Origin: a bacterium
GTDB lineage: Bacteria > JACRDZ01 > JAQUKH01
NCBI GenBank assembly: GCA_028719205.1
Contig: JAQUKH010000003.1
Coordinates: 62,001-126,000, forward strand
Reading direction: 5' to 3'
DNA length: 64,000 bases
The position numbers and the translations under genes are program-made. Within the stretch, counting starts at the first letter, position 1, and every line of letters starts with the position of its first letter. Below, one piece after another: positions 39,692-50,435 of this stretch. A model generated the notes under the pieces. The model worked only from the letters and a program-made list of their open reading frames with translations. It was not told the origin of the DNA and did not search any database.

Positions 39692-39940
39692 TTAATGGTG
39701 TTTTTCACCTTTAATATAGAAATGGGCCAATGGGGCAATAAAACTAAAGAGCATAAAAGTAAACATTATTTCGGAAAAAATCACCATCTTTCCATAATAC
39801 GGCCAGATATGGGATGAAATAGGGGCAGCGCTTTGCTCTACAATTTCTTCTTCAGCCGCCGGAACATTTCTAAAAGATATCGGGGTGAAAAGAATTACAG
39901 CTATCAGGCAGGTGAAAATAAATTTATTTATTTTTCGCAT
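39692..39940 (-). CDS. Small hypothetical membrane protein
   Basis: GGAGG RBS, N-terminal signal-like segment and C-terminal TM. Confidence 0.6.
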   Translation of the reverse strand: MRKINKFIFTCLIAVILFTPISFRNVPAAEEEIVEQSAAPISSHIWPYYGKMVIFSEIMFTFMLFSFIAPLAHFYIKGEKHH

Positions 39941-40026
39941 AATAATTCCTCCATATTTTGGTAAAATAATATTATAATACTTTTTAATATTTACTACAAG
40001 CGATTTAAAAGAATTAAACAGAAAAA

Positions 40027-41082
40027 ATGGTAAAGAAAAAAAATTTAATATTATTTAAGATCATAATTTCATTTTTAGCGTTTAGTCATTTGTCCTGTGA
40101 TCAGGATAAAAATAAGAACAATAGATCAGAACCAGCTGTTAAGAATATTCCAAATGAGAGCGGAAAGTTGGCCGGGTATGAAAAATATTTTGCTGAATGC
40201 AATTTAAAAGGAGATAAACAAACCTTGATCTCGCTGCGAAAATATAGTTTAGAAGGAAAAGATTATTTTCTGCTGGTTGACCCTCAAACTTTGGAAACAA
40301 GTACCCGCAGGATAGATGAATTAGATATAATTCAAGATACTGCTAATGTCATTGAAGAAAAATATGCTAATACAGTTTATTTTAAGGCAATTAAATATTC
40401 AAAACTAAATTCGCAAAAAACTCAGGATGCAGGGATAACACAATTACTGCCGTCAAAACACGGAATTGATCTGACGATTGATCTATGCCCTTCAAAACTT
40501 CCGCTTGATACCACTCTTTTCAATGAACTTATTAAAGAATTAGGTAAAATAGAAAAACCCGTGCCGGTCGCGATAGCTATTACAGGTAAATGGCTGGAGA
40601 AACATGAAAAAGACCTGAAATGGCTGATGAGGCTTCAAAAAAATAATGATTTGTCAATAACATGGATAAATCATTCTTATAACCATAAATATAACAAAGA
40701 GCTGCCATTAAATGAAAATTTTCTTTTAGAGACTGGTACCGATATTAATTATGAAGTATTGCAGATAGAGGTAAAGATGCTTGAATCCGGCATAATACCG
40801 TCGGTGTTTTTCAGATTTCCGGGCCTTGTGTCAAACGACAAAATTTTTAAAAATATTACTGACTTTGGTTTGATCCCGATTGGAAGCGATGCCTGGTTGT
40901 CGAAGAATCAAATTGTTAAAGACGGCAGTATCGTGCTGGTTCACGCGAACGGGAACGATCCTATAGGCGTCAGTAAATTTTTACAATTGTTAACGAAAGA
41001 AAAAGGCAATATATTAAACAAACAATGGTTTCTTTATGACCTTAGGGAAAGTGTTGTGAAATTAGGGGAAGAAAACTTTTAA
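40027..41082 (+). CDS. Lipoprotein with polysaccharide deacetylase-like domain
   Basis: Lipobox-like LSC; LTIDLCP, NHSYNH, FFRFPGL, LVHANG. Confidence 0.75.
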   Translation: MVKKKNLILFKIIISFLAFSHLSCDQDKNKNNRSEPAVKNIPNESGKLAGYEKYFAECNLKGDKQTLISLRKYSLEGKDYFLLVDPQTLETSTRRIDELDIIQDTANVIEEKYANTVYFKAIKYSKLNSQKTQDAGITQLLPSKHGIDLTIDLCPSKLPLDTTLFNELIKELGKIEKPVPVAIAITGKWLEKHEKDLKWLMRLQKNNDLSITWINHSYNHKYNKELPLNENFLLETGTDINYEVLQIEVKMLESGIIPSVFFRFPGLVSNDKIFKNITDFGLIPIGSDAWLSKNQIVKDGSIVLVHANGNDPIGVSKFLQLLTKEKGNILNKQWFLYDLRESVVKLGEENF

Positions 41083-41528
41083 AAACATTTTTTAGCGCAC
41101 TTTTGGTTATTTAGTAAATGTTTTGCTATGATCTTTCCGACAGGATTTTTTTTTGTCGCTAGATAATGCGCGAAGTGGCTGTGGAGGCATTTAATGGAAG
41201 ACAGATCTTTTATGCCGTCAATGCCTTTTTCCTGTGATATATCAGAATGTCCTATGTTTTTTCGATATATAATATAATTTTTATTTTTTTCTAATATTTT
41301 TTGCTTTAAAAGCGGGTCAGCTTTTATTTTTTTTATCAAGCCATCCGATTCTAAACGGGAGATAAGATAGGTTTCGTAAGGGCAGGTTAGCCAGAAGATG
41401 GTGGGAGAAAGTTCAGGTGAGCTTAAAATTACCCTGGGAAGTTTGAAACGGCATCTGTTAACTACTTTAAGAAACGCCCTGGGTTTTCGCCCGAGTTGTT
41501 TTTCAACTATTTCTAATATGTCTTTCAA
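41079..41528 (-). CDS. DUF501 family protein
   Basis: QLGRKPR, PTIFWLTCP, SRLE, KCLHSH; follows the septum formation initiator gene as expected. Confidence 0.85.
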   Translation of the reverse strand: MKDILEIVEKQLGRKPRAFLKVVNRCRFKLPRVILSSPELSPTIFWLTCPYETYLISRLESDGLIKKIKADPLLKQKILEKNKNYIIYRKNIGHSDISQEKGIDGIKDLSSIKCLHSHFAHYLATKKNPVGKIIAKHLLNNQKCAKKCF

Positions 41529-41572
41529 AACAGATTCCTATTTTTTAACCGGTAACGGAAGGTTTTTTGCTT

Positions 41573-41911
41573 TTACTCAGGGGTGATCTGAAATACAATT
41601 TCATCTTTTTTCGCAAGCCCTAATTCCTCTCTTGCCAGCCGTTCGATATATTCGGGATTTTCTTTTAGATTTTTTATTTCTGCCAGCAGCCTTTTATTTT
41701 CTTCCGCGATATTTCCGTTTTGTTCTTTAAGCTGGGTATTAGTATTTCGAAGGTTCCTGAAATGCATGTAACCTTTATCGCTCTTTATGAATATTAAGCT
41801 GAAAAGCAGAAAAATAAAAAATGACCATATGACAAAAATCTGGTTATAAGCTATATGATTTTTTTTATTTTTCTTTGTTCCTCTCAGATCGGTTAATTTC
41901 TGGTATTTCAT
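41573..41911 (-). CDS. ftsB: Septum formation initiator FtsB/DivIC
   Basis: Single TM, coiled coil, IERLAREELGLAKKDE. Confidence 0.85.
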   Translation of the reverse strand: MKYQKLTDLRGTKKNKKNHIAYNQIFVIWSFFIFLLFSLIFIKSDKGYMHFRNLRNTNTQLKEQNGNIAEENKRLLAEIKNLKENPEYIERLAREELGLAKKDEIVFQITPE

Positions 41912-42004
41912 CTTTTTATTATATTGCATTTTTTTGTAGCGTCAATTAATATATTTGTTATAATATTATTCGTAACATATTTAGAAAACTTAAGTAAAAT
42001 AAAT

Positions 42005-42931
42005 ATGAAAAATATAAATAGAAGAACATTTCTTGAAAAAGCTGTAAAATTCACAGGCCTTTTAACACTTTCTAACGTATTGCCAAAAAAGTTTTTATCT
42101 TACGCGATGGAGCCTGAAGTCAAATCCGTATTGGGTGTCGGGAAAGGCGAAAATTATGGAAAGATCACCGGTTTAGCCGTTGATGCCTTAGGCGGAATGG
42201 GAAAATTTGTCAAAAAGGGGGATAAGGTTGTTATTAAACCCAATATCTCGTGGGACAGGACTCCTCCATTGGCCGCGAATGTCCATCCTGAAGTTTTAAA
42301 AGAGGTCATTGTGATGTGCCTTAATGCGGGCGCGGGCAAAATTATTATTTTTGACCGGCCGTGCAATGACCCCAGGCGAAGTTATAAAAATAGCGGGGCG
42401 GTTGATGTCGCGGAAAGTTTTAAAACCAGTCAGGTAAGTTTGATACATGTTGATGATAAAGATTATATTGAAAAAGAACATAAAGACGGGAAATTTATCA
42501 AGAAATGGAATATTTATAAGGAAGCGCTTGAAAATGATGTTTTTATCAGTATTGCCAAGGCAAAACATCATGGGCTTTCAAAACTTACTTTAAGTATGAA
42601 AAATATGATGGGTGTTATGGGCGGGGATAGGGCTATTATGCATCAGCATATTGATCAGAATCTGGCGGACCTGAATTTTCTGGTAAGGCCCAAATTAATA
42701 ATACTTGATGCCGGAAGGGTTGTATGGCGCAGCGGGCCGCAGGGAGGGGATATTTCAGATACTAAGAAAATTGATCAGGTTGTGGCAAGCCGGGATACGG
42801 TTGCTATTGATTCATATGGCGCGACTTTCTTTGATCTTACCGGAAATGACCTGGGTTATGTAAAGATCGGAAAAGAAATGGGCTTAGGAGAAAGTGATCT
42901 AACGAAAGTAGAGATGAATATTAAAAAATGA
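42005..42931 (+). CDS. Tat-exported DUF362 family protein
   Basis: NRRTFL twin-arginine signal; VVIKPNI, KHH, LSMKNMMG, VAIDS. Confidence 0.88.
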   Translation: MKNINRRTFLEKAVKFTGLLTLSNVLPKKFLSYAMEPEVKSVLGVGKGENYGKITGLAVDALGGMGKFVKKGDKVVIKPNISWDRTPPLAANVHPEVLKEVIVMCLNAGAGKIIIFDRPCNDPRRSYKNSGAVDVAESFKTSQVSLIHVDDKDYIEKEHKDGKFIKKWNIYKEALENDVFISIAKAKHHGLSKLTLSMKNMMGVMGGDRAIMHQHIDQNLADLNFLVRPKLIILDAGRVVWRSGPQGGDISDTKKIDQVVASRDTVAIDSYGATFFDLTGNDLGYVKIGKEMGLGESDLTKVEMNIKK

Positions 42932-44421
42932 AATGGCGGCGAAGAGCAGTCCAGATTATAATTTTTGTTCTTTATATATTCCTTTTTCTGAAAACTACAT
43001 ATCAGGGAGAGGATGTTCTTAGTTATCCTGTCAATATTTTCCTCCGGCTTGATCCCTTAATTGCCCTTGTTACTATGATTTCCGTTCGGAAGGTCATCAG
43101 CGGTTTCATCGGGGCTTTTCTTCTTTTGGCCGCGACTTTTATTCTGGGAAGGTTTTTCTGCGGATGGGTTTGCCCGTTAGGCACATTTTTAGATTTTGTA
43201 TCAAGTATATTTTACCGAAAGATAGGGGCGGTTCGCGAACCGCCCCTGCAAGATAAAAAATATCGCTGGAAATATTATCTATTTATTTTTCTTTTGATCA
43301 GTTCGGTTTTTTCTCTCCAGCTCATCTTCCTGTTCGATCCGATAAGCCTTTTAACAAGAAGTTTTACAATAAGCGTTTATCCTGCTTTCAGTTTTTTGTT
43401 TTCTAATGGCCGGTTTTTTCCTTTATCAATTAAAAAAGCGGTTTTTCTTGACACCCAGCCTGTTTTCCTTCTGAATATTTTTATAGCTTTAATATTTATA
43501 GTTATTATATTTTTAGAAAAATTCGGCAGGCGTTTCTGGTGCCGGAATTTATGCCCATTAGGGGCTATGTTTGGCCTAGTGAGCCGGTTTGCTTTGTTCA
43601 GGCGTGTTGTAGGAGAAGGATGCAATGACTGCGGATTGTGCGGCCACAATTGTAAAATGAAGGCTATCAGAGATGATGTTAAAAAAAATCTATCTTTTGA
43701 ATGCATAGACTGCTTTACCTGCGCCGACGCTTGTTCGACACAGGAAGTTAATTTTGTATTCGCGCCGGATATAATGAATTCAAAGCAAAAATTTGACCTG
43801 TCAAGGCGGCACGTGCTTATTTCTGTTGCCGGAGGTGTCCTTGCGGTTCCTGTAATAAAAAATATATATCTTCAAAAAAGCGAATTAATTAAATCAATGG
43901 ATGATTATCTGATCCGCCCGCCCGGGGCGCTGCCTGAAGCGGAATTTTTAAAACACTGCACGCGCTGTGGGGAATGTATGCGTGTTTGTTTAGGAAATGC
44001 CCTTCATCCGGCACTAACGGAGGCAGGATTAGAAGGTTTATGGTCGCCGCTTTTAGTCCCCAGGCTTGGATATTGTGAATTTAATTGTACGCTTTGCGGA
44101 CAGGTTTGCCCTACACAGGCGATCAAAGAACTGACTCAGCCGGAGAAAAGGAAAACCGTGATAGGCCTGGCTCATTTTGATAAAAACAGGTGTATCCCTT
44201 ATTCAAGACAAACGAACTGCATGGTTTGTGAAGAACATTGCCCCGTCTCCCCCAAAGCGATCGTGTTTGAAGAAACTAAAGACCTGACAAAAGAAGGCGA
44301 GCCCATCAAACTTCCCAGAGTTATTGCCGAAAAATGCATCGGTTGCGGAATCTGCCAGAATAAATGCCCTATCCAGGGAAAAGGAGCGATTATCGTGACC
44401 AGGGAAAAAGTAATAAAATAG
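42928..44421 (+). CDS. Membrane polyferredoxin (NapH/MauN-like fused to MauM/NapG-like)
   Basis: CGWVCPLG and WCRNLCPLG; several CxxCxxCxxxC motifs; internal SRR motif; RPPGA. Confidence 0.9.
   Translation: MKWRRRAVQIIIFVLYIFLFLKTTYQGEDVLSYPVNIFLRLDPLIALVTMISVRKVISGFIGAFLLLAATFILGRFFCGWVCPLGTFLDFVSSIFYRKIGAVREPPLQDKKYRWKYYLFIFLLISSVFSLQLIFLFDPISLLTRSFTISVYPAFSFLFSNGRFFPLSIKKAVFLDTQPVFLLNIFIALIFIVIIFLEKFGRRFWCRNLCPLGAMFGLVSRFALFRRVVGEGCNDCGLCGHNCKMKAIRDDVKKNLSFECIDCFTCADACSTQEVNFVFAPDIMNSKQKFDLSRRHVLISVAGGVLAVPVIKNIYLQKSELIKSMDDYLIRPPGALPEAEFLKHCTRCGECMRVCLGNALHPALTEAGLEGLWSPLLVPRLGYCEFNCTLCGQVCPTQAIKELTQPEKRKTVIGLAHFDKNRCIPYSRQTNCMVCEEHCPVSPKAIVFEETKDLTKEGEPIKLPRVIAEKCIGCGICQNKCPIQGKGAIIVTREKVIK
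43223..43249. repeat. REP copy embedded in frame in the polyferredoxin CDS
   Basis: TAGGGGCGGTTCGCGAACCGCCCCTGC, translated within IGAVREPPLQ. Confidence 0.8.
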
Positions 44422-44439
44422 CAATAAAAAAGGTTGCTA

Positions 44440-47400
44440 ATGAAATTCAGGCTGTTTTTATTTATTTATTTTTTTTTAACCTCAGATATTTCCGCTGATC
44501 CGCTTGACAATTGGTACTGGAGAAATCCGCTTCCGCAGGGACATTCGCTTAACAGCGTATGCTATGGCAATAATGTATTTGTCGCTGTGGGACAGTTTGG
44601 CACAATTCTCACCTCAGGTGATGGTGTTAAATGGTCTATTCGAAATTCAGGAGTAAATGACGAGCTCAAAAGCATAACCTATGGTAATGACAAATTTGTT
44701 GTTGTGAGTTGGACTGGAATAATTCTCACATCAAAAGATGGCGTCAATTGGTCGAGACTGAGTTTAGGGGCGTATGGTAATTTGTTTAATGCCATAACCT
44801 TCGGGAATAACATTTTTGCTGTAGTGGGCCAAAGCGGGAAAATTTTCACATCAACTGACGGTATTAGCTGGCTGGATCGAAGTATAGGCGTGAATGAAAA
44901 TTTTATGGATGTAACTTATGGTAATAATAAATTTATCGCGGTTGGCGGGAGTGATACCGGTACAGTTATAACTTCGGTTGATGGGGTCAATTGGTCAATC
45001 CGGAATTTATCGAATAATAAATATCTTACAAAAATAACCTATAGTGATAGTACCTTTGCCGCTGTAGGCAGCAGCGGCACCGGTAAGGGTAATGATACGA
45101 TTTTTACTTCAGTTGATGGTTTTAAATGGTTGAGTGAAAAATTAACTGATCAAAATCCGGATTTAGGCTGGCAGCGGCTGGGTTCCGTGCATACAAGCAG
45201 CCGGTTTAAAGACATAACTTATGGAAATAATTTATATGTCGCGGTTGGCAGTGCCGGTAAAATTTTCACTTCAAGTGACGGCATTAAATGGTCTCCGCAG
45301 AGCCTGGGAGTAACTAATGACCTTAGGAATATAGCCTATGGTAACAGCACATTTGTCGCAGTGGGGAATAATCTGACAAGCCTTATTTCGTCTGATGGTG
45401 TTAATTGGCGAAATCAAGGCCCTAAATGGTGGCGGCCATACAGGTTTAATGGAATAGCCTATGGAAATAATATTTTTGTTGCTGTAGGCAGTAACGGTAT
45501 TATCAGGGCGCTTAACAGCGCTTTTGAATGGCCGCAAAACAGTAAATCAGGAACCAGACAAAATCTTAATGCCATAGCCTGTGGGAATAATACTTTTGTG
45601 GCAGTGGGAGATTTTGGTACGATTCTCACCTCGGTTGATGGTATTCAATGGGTAAATAGAATTTCAGGGACAAGCAATCAGCTTACCGGCATAACTTATG
45701 GGAATAACTCATTTGTTGTTGTGGGTTGGGACAGAGAGACCCGAAGCGGCCTGATCCTTACCTCACCTGATGGAATCAGATGGATGATCCAGAATTTTGA
45801 AAAAGACAATTATTTCCGGTTTACCGGGGTAACCTATGGCAATAACAAGTTTGTTGCCGCGGGTTATGGTAAAATATTTACCTCAGGCGATGGCCTTAAC
45901 TGGTCAAACCCGAGAGTGGTAAACGCGTTCTTTCACAGCATAACTTATGGTAATGATATATTTGTCGCTACGGGTGAGGATGGAGAAACCGGAAGCAATA
46001 TAATTATCACCTCAATTGACGCGGTAAACTGGAAAAGGCGCAGGCTGGGTACAAACAATGGTATCCACGGTATAATTTATGGAAATAGCACATTTATTGC
46101 CGTGGGCGATGCTGGTACCATTCTTCAATCTGATGACCTGTCAGGAAGCCGGTATAAAGATGAACCGTTAAATATTTTAGATTATGTTTATCCTAAACCG
46201 GTAAAATTAAGCAATGAATTTAAGATAAAAATAATTTTTAATAAAACTATTGATACAAAATACCCGCCGAAAGTAGCTTTAATAGGAAATGGCCGGGTAG
46301 TTCCCCTGGTAGAAAAAGGCGGGGTATTTGAAACCACTTCAGAGGTTAATGACACCTATTTAACACCTGATATAGTTTTAGATAAGGATATGGCCGGGGA
46401 AATTACAATCGCGGTAAGCGATGCCAGGGATCGTGATGGGAATATAATAAAAAATATAGCGGATGAAACTTTTATTCTCAGGCCTGATAAGGGATTTAAT
46501 CTTGACAAACCGGGAAACATTATTATCGAAGAAGGCAGTATTATATTTTCCCCGCAAATAAATATAAAATTCAATATTACAGACGCGGAAGAAATGATGA
46601 TCACTGAAGATGTTACATTCAAAAACTCAAAATGGGAGCCTTTCAATTTCACGAAAACTTTTTATTTATCCGATAATGAAGGAGAAAAAACCATATATTT
46701 TAAATTTAAGGATAGAAACGGAAATATTTCCATACCTATCGCAAAAATTATCACCTTTATTATGCCGTTCTACTTTGACCCGAAGAGGATTCAGGGCTGG
46801 GCGGCAGAAGAAAAAAATAGCTTTGAGTCCGCAATGGCGGAGATGCGGAAGAGAACGAATGAAGAGATGGAGAAGTTATCACCTGCAATTGAAGCTGATA
46901 CTGAGCAAAAACCCTCATTTACAGAAGAAATCATGTCTGAAAATGGTGATTATATATTTATAATAGATTATGAGAAAGCGGAAGAAACAGGAGTTGTGCG
47001 TTATACAATAAAAAATAAAGAGGGAAAAATAATAAGTGATTTTACAGCGGATGTTTTGCCCGGAAAGATCTTAATAACAAGTGACGGAGAAAAACTTATT
47101 GTGTTCGGCAAAAACTGGTTTGATAGAAATTATTCAAATAGGATTTGTTTTTATAATCGTAATGGTGAATTGATAGACGAATATTTTTCAGAAAAAAATA
47201 GAAATTTCCTGGATGAAAGTAAAATATCGGGAAATGACAAATACTTTGTTTTAGCATATAATTCAGATAATGAGTCTGGAATATCATTTTTTGATCTGGA
47301 TAACTTTGACAAGCTCTGGGATGTAGATCTGGAGATATATCCAAATGAAATAAAGATATCAAAAAACGGGGATTGGATCATTGTAAGCGGTTTAGAAGTA

Positions 47401-47706
47401 AAAAATATCATAAGTGACGAGAAGCAATATAAATCTTATAAAATATATTTAATAGATAAATCAGGGGAAATTAAATGGTGTAAAGATAAAAAAATACTGA
47501 GAAAACCTGATATTGAAGCCAATTTATTTGTTGATATGGGAGATGAAGGAAGAACAATTGTTTTGAAAGAACAGGAATCAAGATATTCTGTTGAAAAAAG
47601 TATTTATGAAAAGCGTACATATGAGAAATCTTTTTATAAAAATATTGAAGGTAAAATTACTCTGGACAGCACGATAGATAATATATATGAACTGGAGAAA
47701 CCATGA
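44440..47706 (+). CDS. Large secreted beta-propeller repeat protein
   Basis: Signal peptide; 13 repeats of xYGNNxFVAVG...TSxDGxxW; central Ig-like region; C-terminal beta-rich domain. Confidence 0.8.
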   Translation: MKFRLFLFIYFFLTSDISADPLDNWYWRNPLPQGHSLNSVCYGNNVFVAVGQFGTILTSGDGVKWSIRNSGVNDELKSITYGNDKFVVVSWTGIILTSKDGVNWSRLSLGAYGNLFNAITFGNNIFAVVGQSGKIFTSTDGISWLDRSIGVNENFMDVTYGNNKFIAVGGSDTGTVITSVDGVNWSIRNLSNNKYLTKITYSDSTFAAVGSSGTGKGNDTIFTSVDGFKWLSEKLTDQNPDLGWQRLGSVHTSSRFKDITYGNNLYVAVGSAGKIFTSSDGIKWSPQSLGVTNDLRNIAYGNSTFVAVGNNLTSLISSDGVNWRNQGPKWWRPYRFNGIAYGNNIFVAVGSNGIIRALNSAFEWPQNSKSGTRQNLNAIACGNNTFVAVGDFGTILTSVDGIQWVNRISGTSNQLTGITYGNNSFVVVGWDRETRSGLILTSPDGIRWMIQNFEKDNYFRFTGVTYGNNKFVAAGYGKIFTSGDGLNWSNPRVVNAFFHSITYGNDIFVATGEDGETGSNIIITSIDAVNWKRRRLGTNNGIHGIIYGNSTFIAVGDAGTILQSDDLSGSRYKDEPLNILDYVYPKPVKLSNEFKIKIIFNKTIDTKYPPKVALIGNGRVVPLVEKGGVFETTSEVNDTYLTPDIVLDKDMAGEITIAVSDARDRDGNIIKNIADETFILRPDKGFNLDKPGNIIIEEGSIIFSPQINIKFNITDAEEMMITEDVTFKNSKWEPFNFTKTFYLSDNEGEKTIYFKFKDRNGNISIPIAKIITFIMPFYFDPKRIQGWAAEEKNSFESAMAEMRKRTNEEMEKLSPAIEADTEQKPSFTEEIMSENGDYIFIIDYEKAEETGVVRYTIKNKEGKIISDFTADVLPGKILITSDGEKLIVFGKNWFDRNYSNRICFYNRNGELIDEYFSEKNRNFLDESKISGNDKYFVLAYNSDNESGISFFDLDNFDKLWDVDLEIYPNEIKISKNGDWIIVSGLEVKNIISDEKQYKSYKIYLIDKSGEIKWCKDKKILRKPDIEANLFVDMGDEGRTIVLKEQESRYSVEKSIYEKRTYEKSFYKNIEGKITLDSTIDNIYELEKP

Positions 47707-48803
47707 ACAGAAAAATAATATATTTATTTTTGGCTATTTTATCAATAATTGGTATAGGTTGTCTTAAAAAAGTTCCGGTCCAGGAACCCAAAAAGACCGG
47801 GATCGAAGGCCGGATAGTGAATTATGACCAGTTATTGGAAAGCGCTTATGTTTACGCGTATGAGGATTCTGATTTCAGCAAACCGCCTTTATTTGTTTCC
47901 GGCCCGAGCAGGAATGACGGCCGGTATGATTTCGCGATGCCGCCGGGAAGGTATTTCATTACGGCTAAAAAAACAGAAATTGTACCGGATAGCACGGAAA
48001 ACATTTATTTCAGTTATTTTGGCGGGAATCCGATTACCATCAGGCAGGATGAGTATTCATGGGTAGGATTAAATTGTGTAAAGGTTGAAAATGGGGACCT
48101 GAAGGTTTCCGGGAATGCCAATAAAGAGGATACCGTTATTAAGGGGCGCGTAACATATCAGGGGCGCCCGCTTGACGGAGCTTATGTTTATATTTATCTT
48201 GATGATAAAACCGATTTTAAAGGGCCGGGTTTTCAGACTTCTATTCCCACGGATAAAGAGGGAAGTTTCAAATTTGTAAATTTACCTGAAGGTAAATATT
48301 TCCTGACCGCGAGAAAAAGGAATTTACCGGGCCCGTCAGGGCCGATCCAGATAGGCGATTTTTCAGGATATTTTTATTTTAATCCGATAGATTTACACTG
48401 GGGTAAGGCGGTTGAGATCAACATAAAATGTATTGTCCGCGCGGGTGAAATAGGGAAAGAAGTGCTTTCAATAGGAAGCGGAGATATAATTGTACGCGGG
48501 AAGATCATTGACCTGAAAGGCCTGCCGGTTAAAGGAATATACGCGTTTTTATATAAAACATCAGTTATCGGGCATGAGCGTCCGATATATATATCGAATG
48601 TTACGGATGAATCAGGAGAGTACGAGATCCGGTTAAAGGCAAGCGGGAAATACTATATGGGAGCGCGCCAGGTATTTGGCGATTCTCCGCGCCCCGGTGA
48701 GCTTTACGGGCTTTATGATGATACTCCGGACCATTCGGTTACTGTAGAGCCGGGAGAATCAAAAGAAAAACTTAATATAAAAGTCCAACCAATTCTGGAG
48801 TAA
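47703..48803 (+). CDS. Lipoprotein with three carboxypeptidase-regulatory-like (prealbumin-fold) domains
   Basis: Lipobox IGC; three repeats of IxGxV...VYxY...GxF...GxYxLxARK. Confidence 0.78.
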   Translation: MNRKIIYLFLAILSIIGIGCLKKVPVQEPKKTGIEGRIVNYDQLLESAYVYAYEDSDFSKPPLFVSGPSRNDGRYDFAMPPGRYFITAKKTEIVPDSTENIYFSYFGGNPITIRQDEYSWVGLNCVKVENGDLKVSGNANKEDTVIKGRVTYQGRPLDGAYVYIYLDDKTDFKGPGFQTSIPTDKEGSFKFVNLPEGKYFLTARKRNLPGPSGPIQIGDFSGYFYFNPIDLHWGKAVEINIKCIVRAGEIGKEVLSIGSGDIIVRGKIIDLKGLPVKGIYAFLYKTSVIGHERPIYISNVTDESGEYEIRLKASGKYYMGARQVFGDSPRPGELYGLYDDTPDHSVTVEPGESKEKLNIKVQPILE

Positions 48804-48809
48804 AACTCG

Positions 48810-49907
48810 ATGTGGAAGGGAATTAAAAGAAAGTTATACCTTCATAGTTTTTTAAACGCGGTTCTTTTCGTTTTAATTATCAGTTTGGGTATTTTCCTAT
48901 ATCAAAAACGGATCTTGCCCGAGTTAATGCTGATGATCATTTTGGCGGGGATCCTTGTATGGCTGCTGGGAATTCTTTTTACCAGGATGTTTATGAATAA
49001 AGTATCCAAATTAACCAGCAGTGTTGAAAATTCCCTGAAGACGCTTGGAATGGCAGATATTCCGCCGGCTTCTTTCCTGGGTGATGAAATCGATGGCTTA
49101 GTTGAAACGATCAAACTGATCACCAAGATCGTAAAAGAAAGAGATAAATTAAAAGTAGACAAATCGGAACTCGAGACGATATCAAAGGAACTTCTTGATA
49201 AAAATATTGAACTGGGAGAATTTATTTATTCTATTTCTCATGACCTGCGCGCGCCTGTAGTTTCAATAAGCGGATATTCTTCGATCCTCGCGGAAGAATA
49301 TGCCGATAAATTAGATGATGAAGGCAAAAAATATTTAAAAAGAATAAGCGAAAATACATCGTTTATGGAGCAATTGATCCATGACCTTATTGATTTGTCG
49401 CGGGCGGAGAGGATAAATTATGCTTTTCAGGATGTAAATGTTTCGGAAATACTGGAAGTTGTATCTTCTCAATTCGGTGAAGAGATCCGAAAATTGAAGA
49501 TCAATTTTGTGGTGAAATCCAAGCTTAAGAATATTTACGCGGATAAAACAAAAATAATACAGGTATTTAATAACCTCGTCGGCAACGCTATAAAATATAT
49601 TGATACTAACAAGGATCCCTATATAGAAGTCGGAGGAGAAATGGACGGTGAGTTTTATAAATTTTATGTAAAAGATAACGGGATCGGCATATCAAAGTCT
49701 GATCAGGATAAAATATTTAAGCTTTTTTACCGTGTAGAGGGGACAGGGATCTCGGGGACAGGCGTAGGATTGAATATTGTCAAGAAAATTGTTGAGAGGC
49801 ATCAGGGAAAGGTTAGTGTGGAATCTGAAATAGGGAAAGGTTCAACTTTTTATTTTTCGCTTTATAAATCACTTTGTGATATTAAAGAAAAAAATGATAT
49901 TATTTAA
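48810..49907 (+). CDS. Membrane sensor histidine kinase
   Basis: Two TMs, H-box SHDLRAP, NLVGNAIKY, DNGIGI, GTGVGL. Confidence 0.95.
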   Translation: MWKGIKRKLYLHSFLNAVLFVLIISLGIFLYQKRILPELMLMIILAGILVWLLGILFTRMFMNKVSKLTSSVENSLKTLGMADIPPASFLGDEIDGLVETIKLITKIVKERDKLKVDKSELETISKELLDKNIELGEFIYSISHDLRAPVVSISGYSSILAEEYADKLDDEGKKYLKRISENTSFMEQLIHDLIDLSRAERINYAFQDVNVSEILEVVSSQFGEEIRKLKINFVVKSKLKNIYADKTKIIQVFNNLVGNAIKYIDTNKDPYIEVGGEMDGEFYKFYVKDNGIGISKSDQDKIFKLFYRVEGTGISGTGVGLNIVKKIVERHQGKVSVESEIGKGSTFYFSLYKSLCDIKEKNDII

Positions 49908-49921
49908 AGAAGGAGAATTTG

Positions 49922-50362
49922 ATGAAAATGAATTTAATTGAGATCTTAATTGTGGAGGATAATCCTGATCATATTACTTTGATCATGCATGCCTTAAAGG
50001 ATAATAAAGTAGTAAATAATATCCATGTGGCTGAAAACGGGGAATTAGCGATGGATTATCTTTTTCACAGGGGCAAATTCCAGGATGAAAAAAGTTTTCC
50101 GCTTCCTAATCTTATTTTACTGGATGTTAAACTTCCAAAGCTGGATGGTTTTGAAGTTTTAAAGGCTATAAAACAAGATCTGGTTTTAAAAAAGATCCCG
50201 GTTGTCATGCTGACTACCTCGGATAAGGATGAAGAGATCGCCAGGGGTTATAGCGAGGGGGCAAACAGTTATGTTACTAAGCCGGTTGATTTTAATGAAT
50301 TCCGCAGGAAGATAAAAAATCTTGATATGTATTGGGCCCTGGTAAGCGAACTGCCTACTTAA
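49922..50362 (+). CDS. Single-domain response regulator (Rcp1-like)
   Basis: VEDN, LLDVKLP, LTTS, KP, C-terminal YW. Confidence 0.95.
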   Translation: MKMNLIEILIVEDNPDHITLIMHALKDNKVVNNIHVAENGELAMDYLFHRGKFQDEKSFPLPNLILLDVKLPKLDGFEVLKAIKQDLVLKKIPVVMLTTSDKDEEIARGYSEGANSYVTKPVDFNEFRRKIKNLDMYWALVSELPT

Positions 50363-50435
50363 CAAATGAAACTATTATCTTATGGCGGGGTAGATAGAAA
50401 CAGTTTGTTAATTTCGAATTAGAGGAGTAAGTTTG

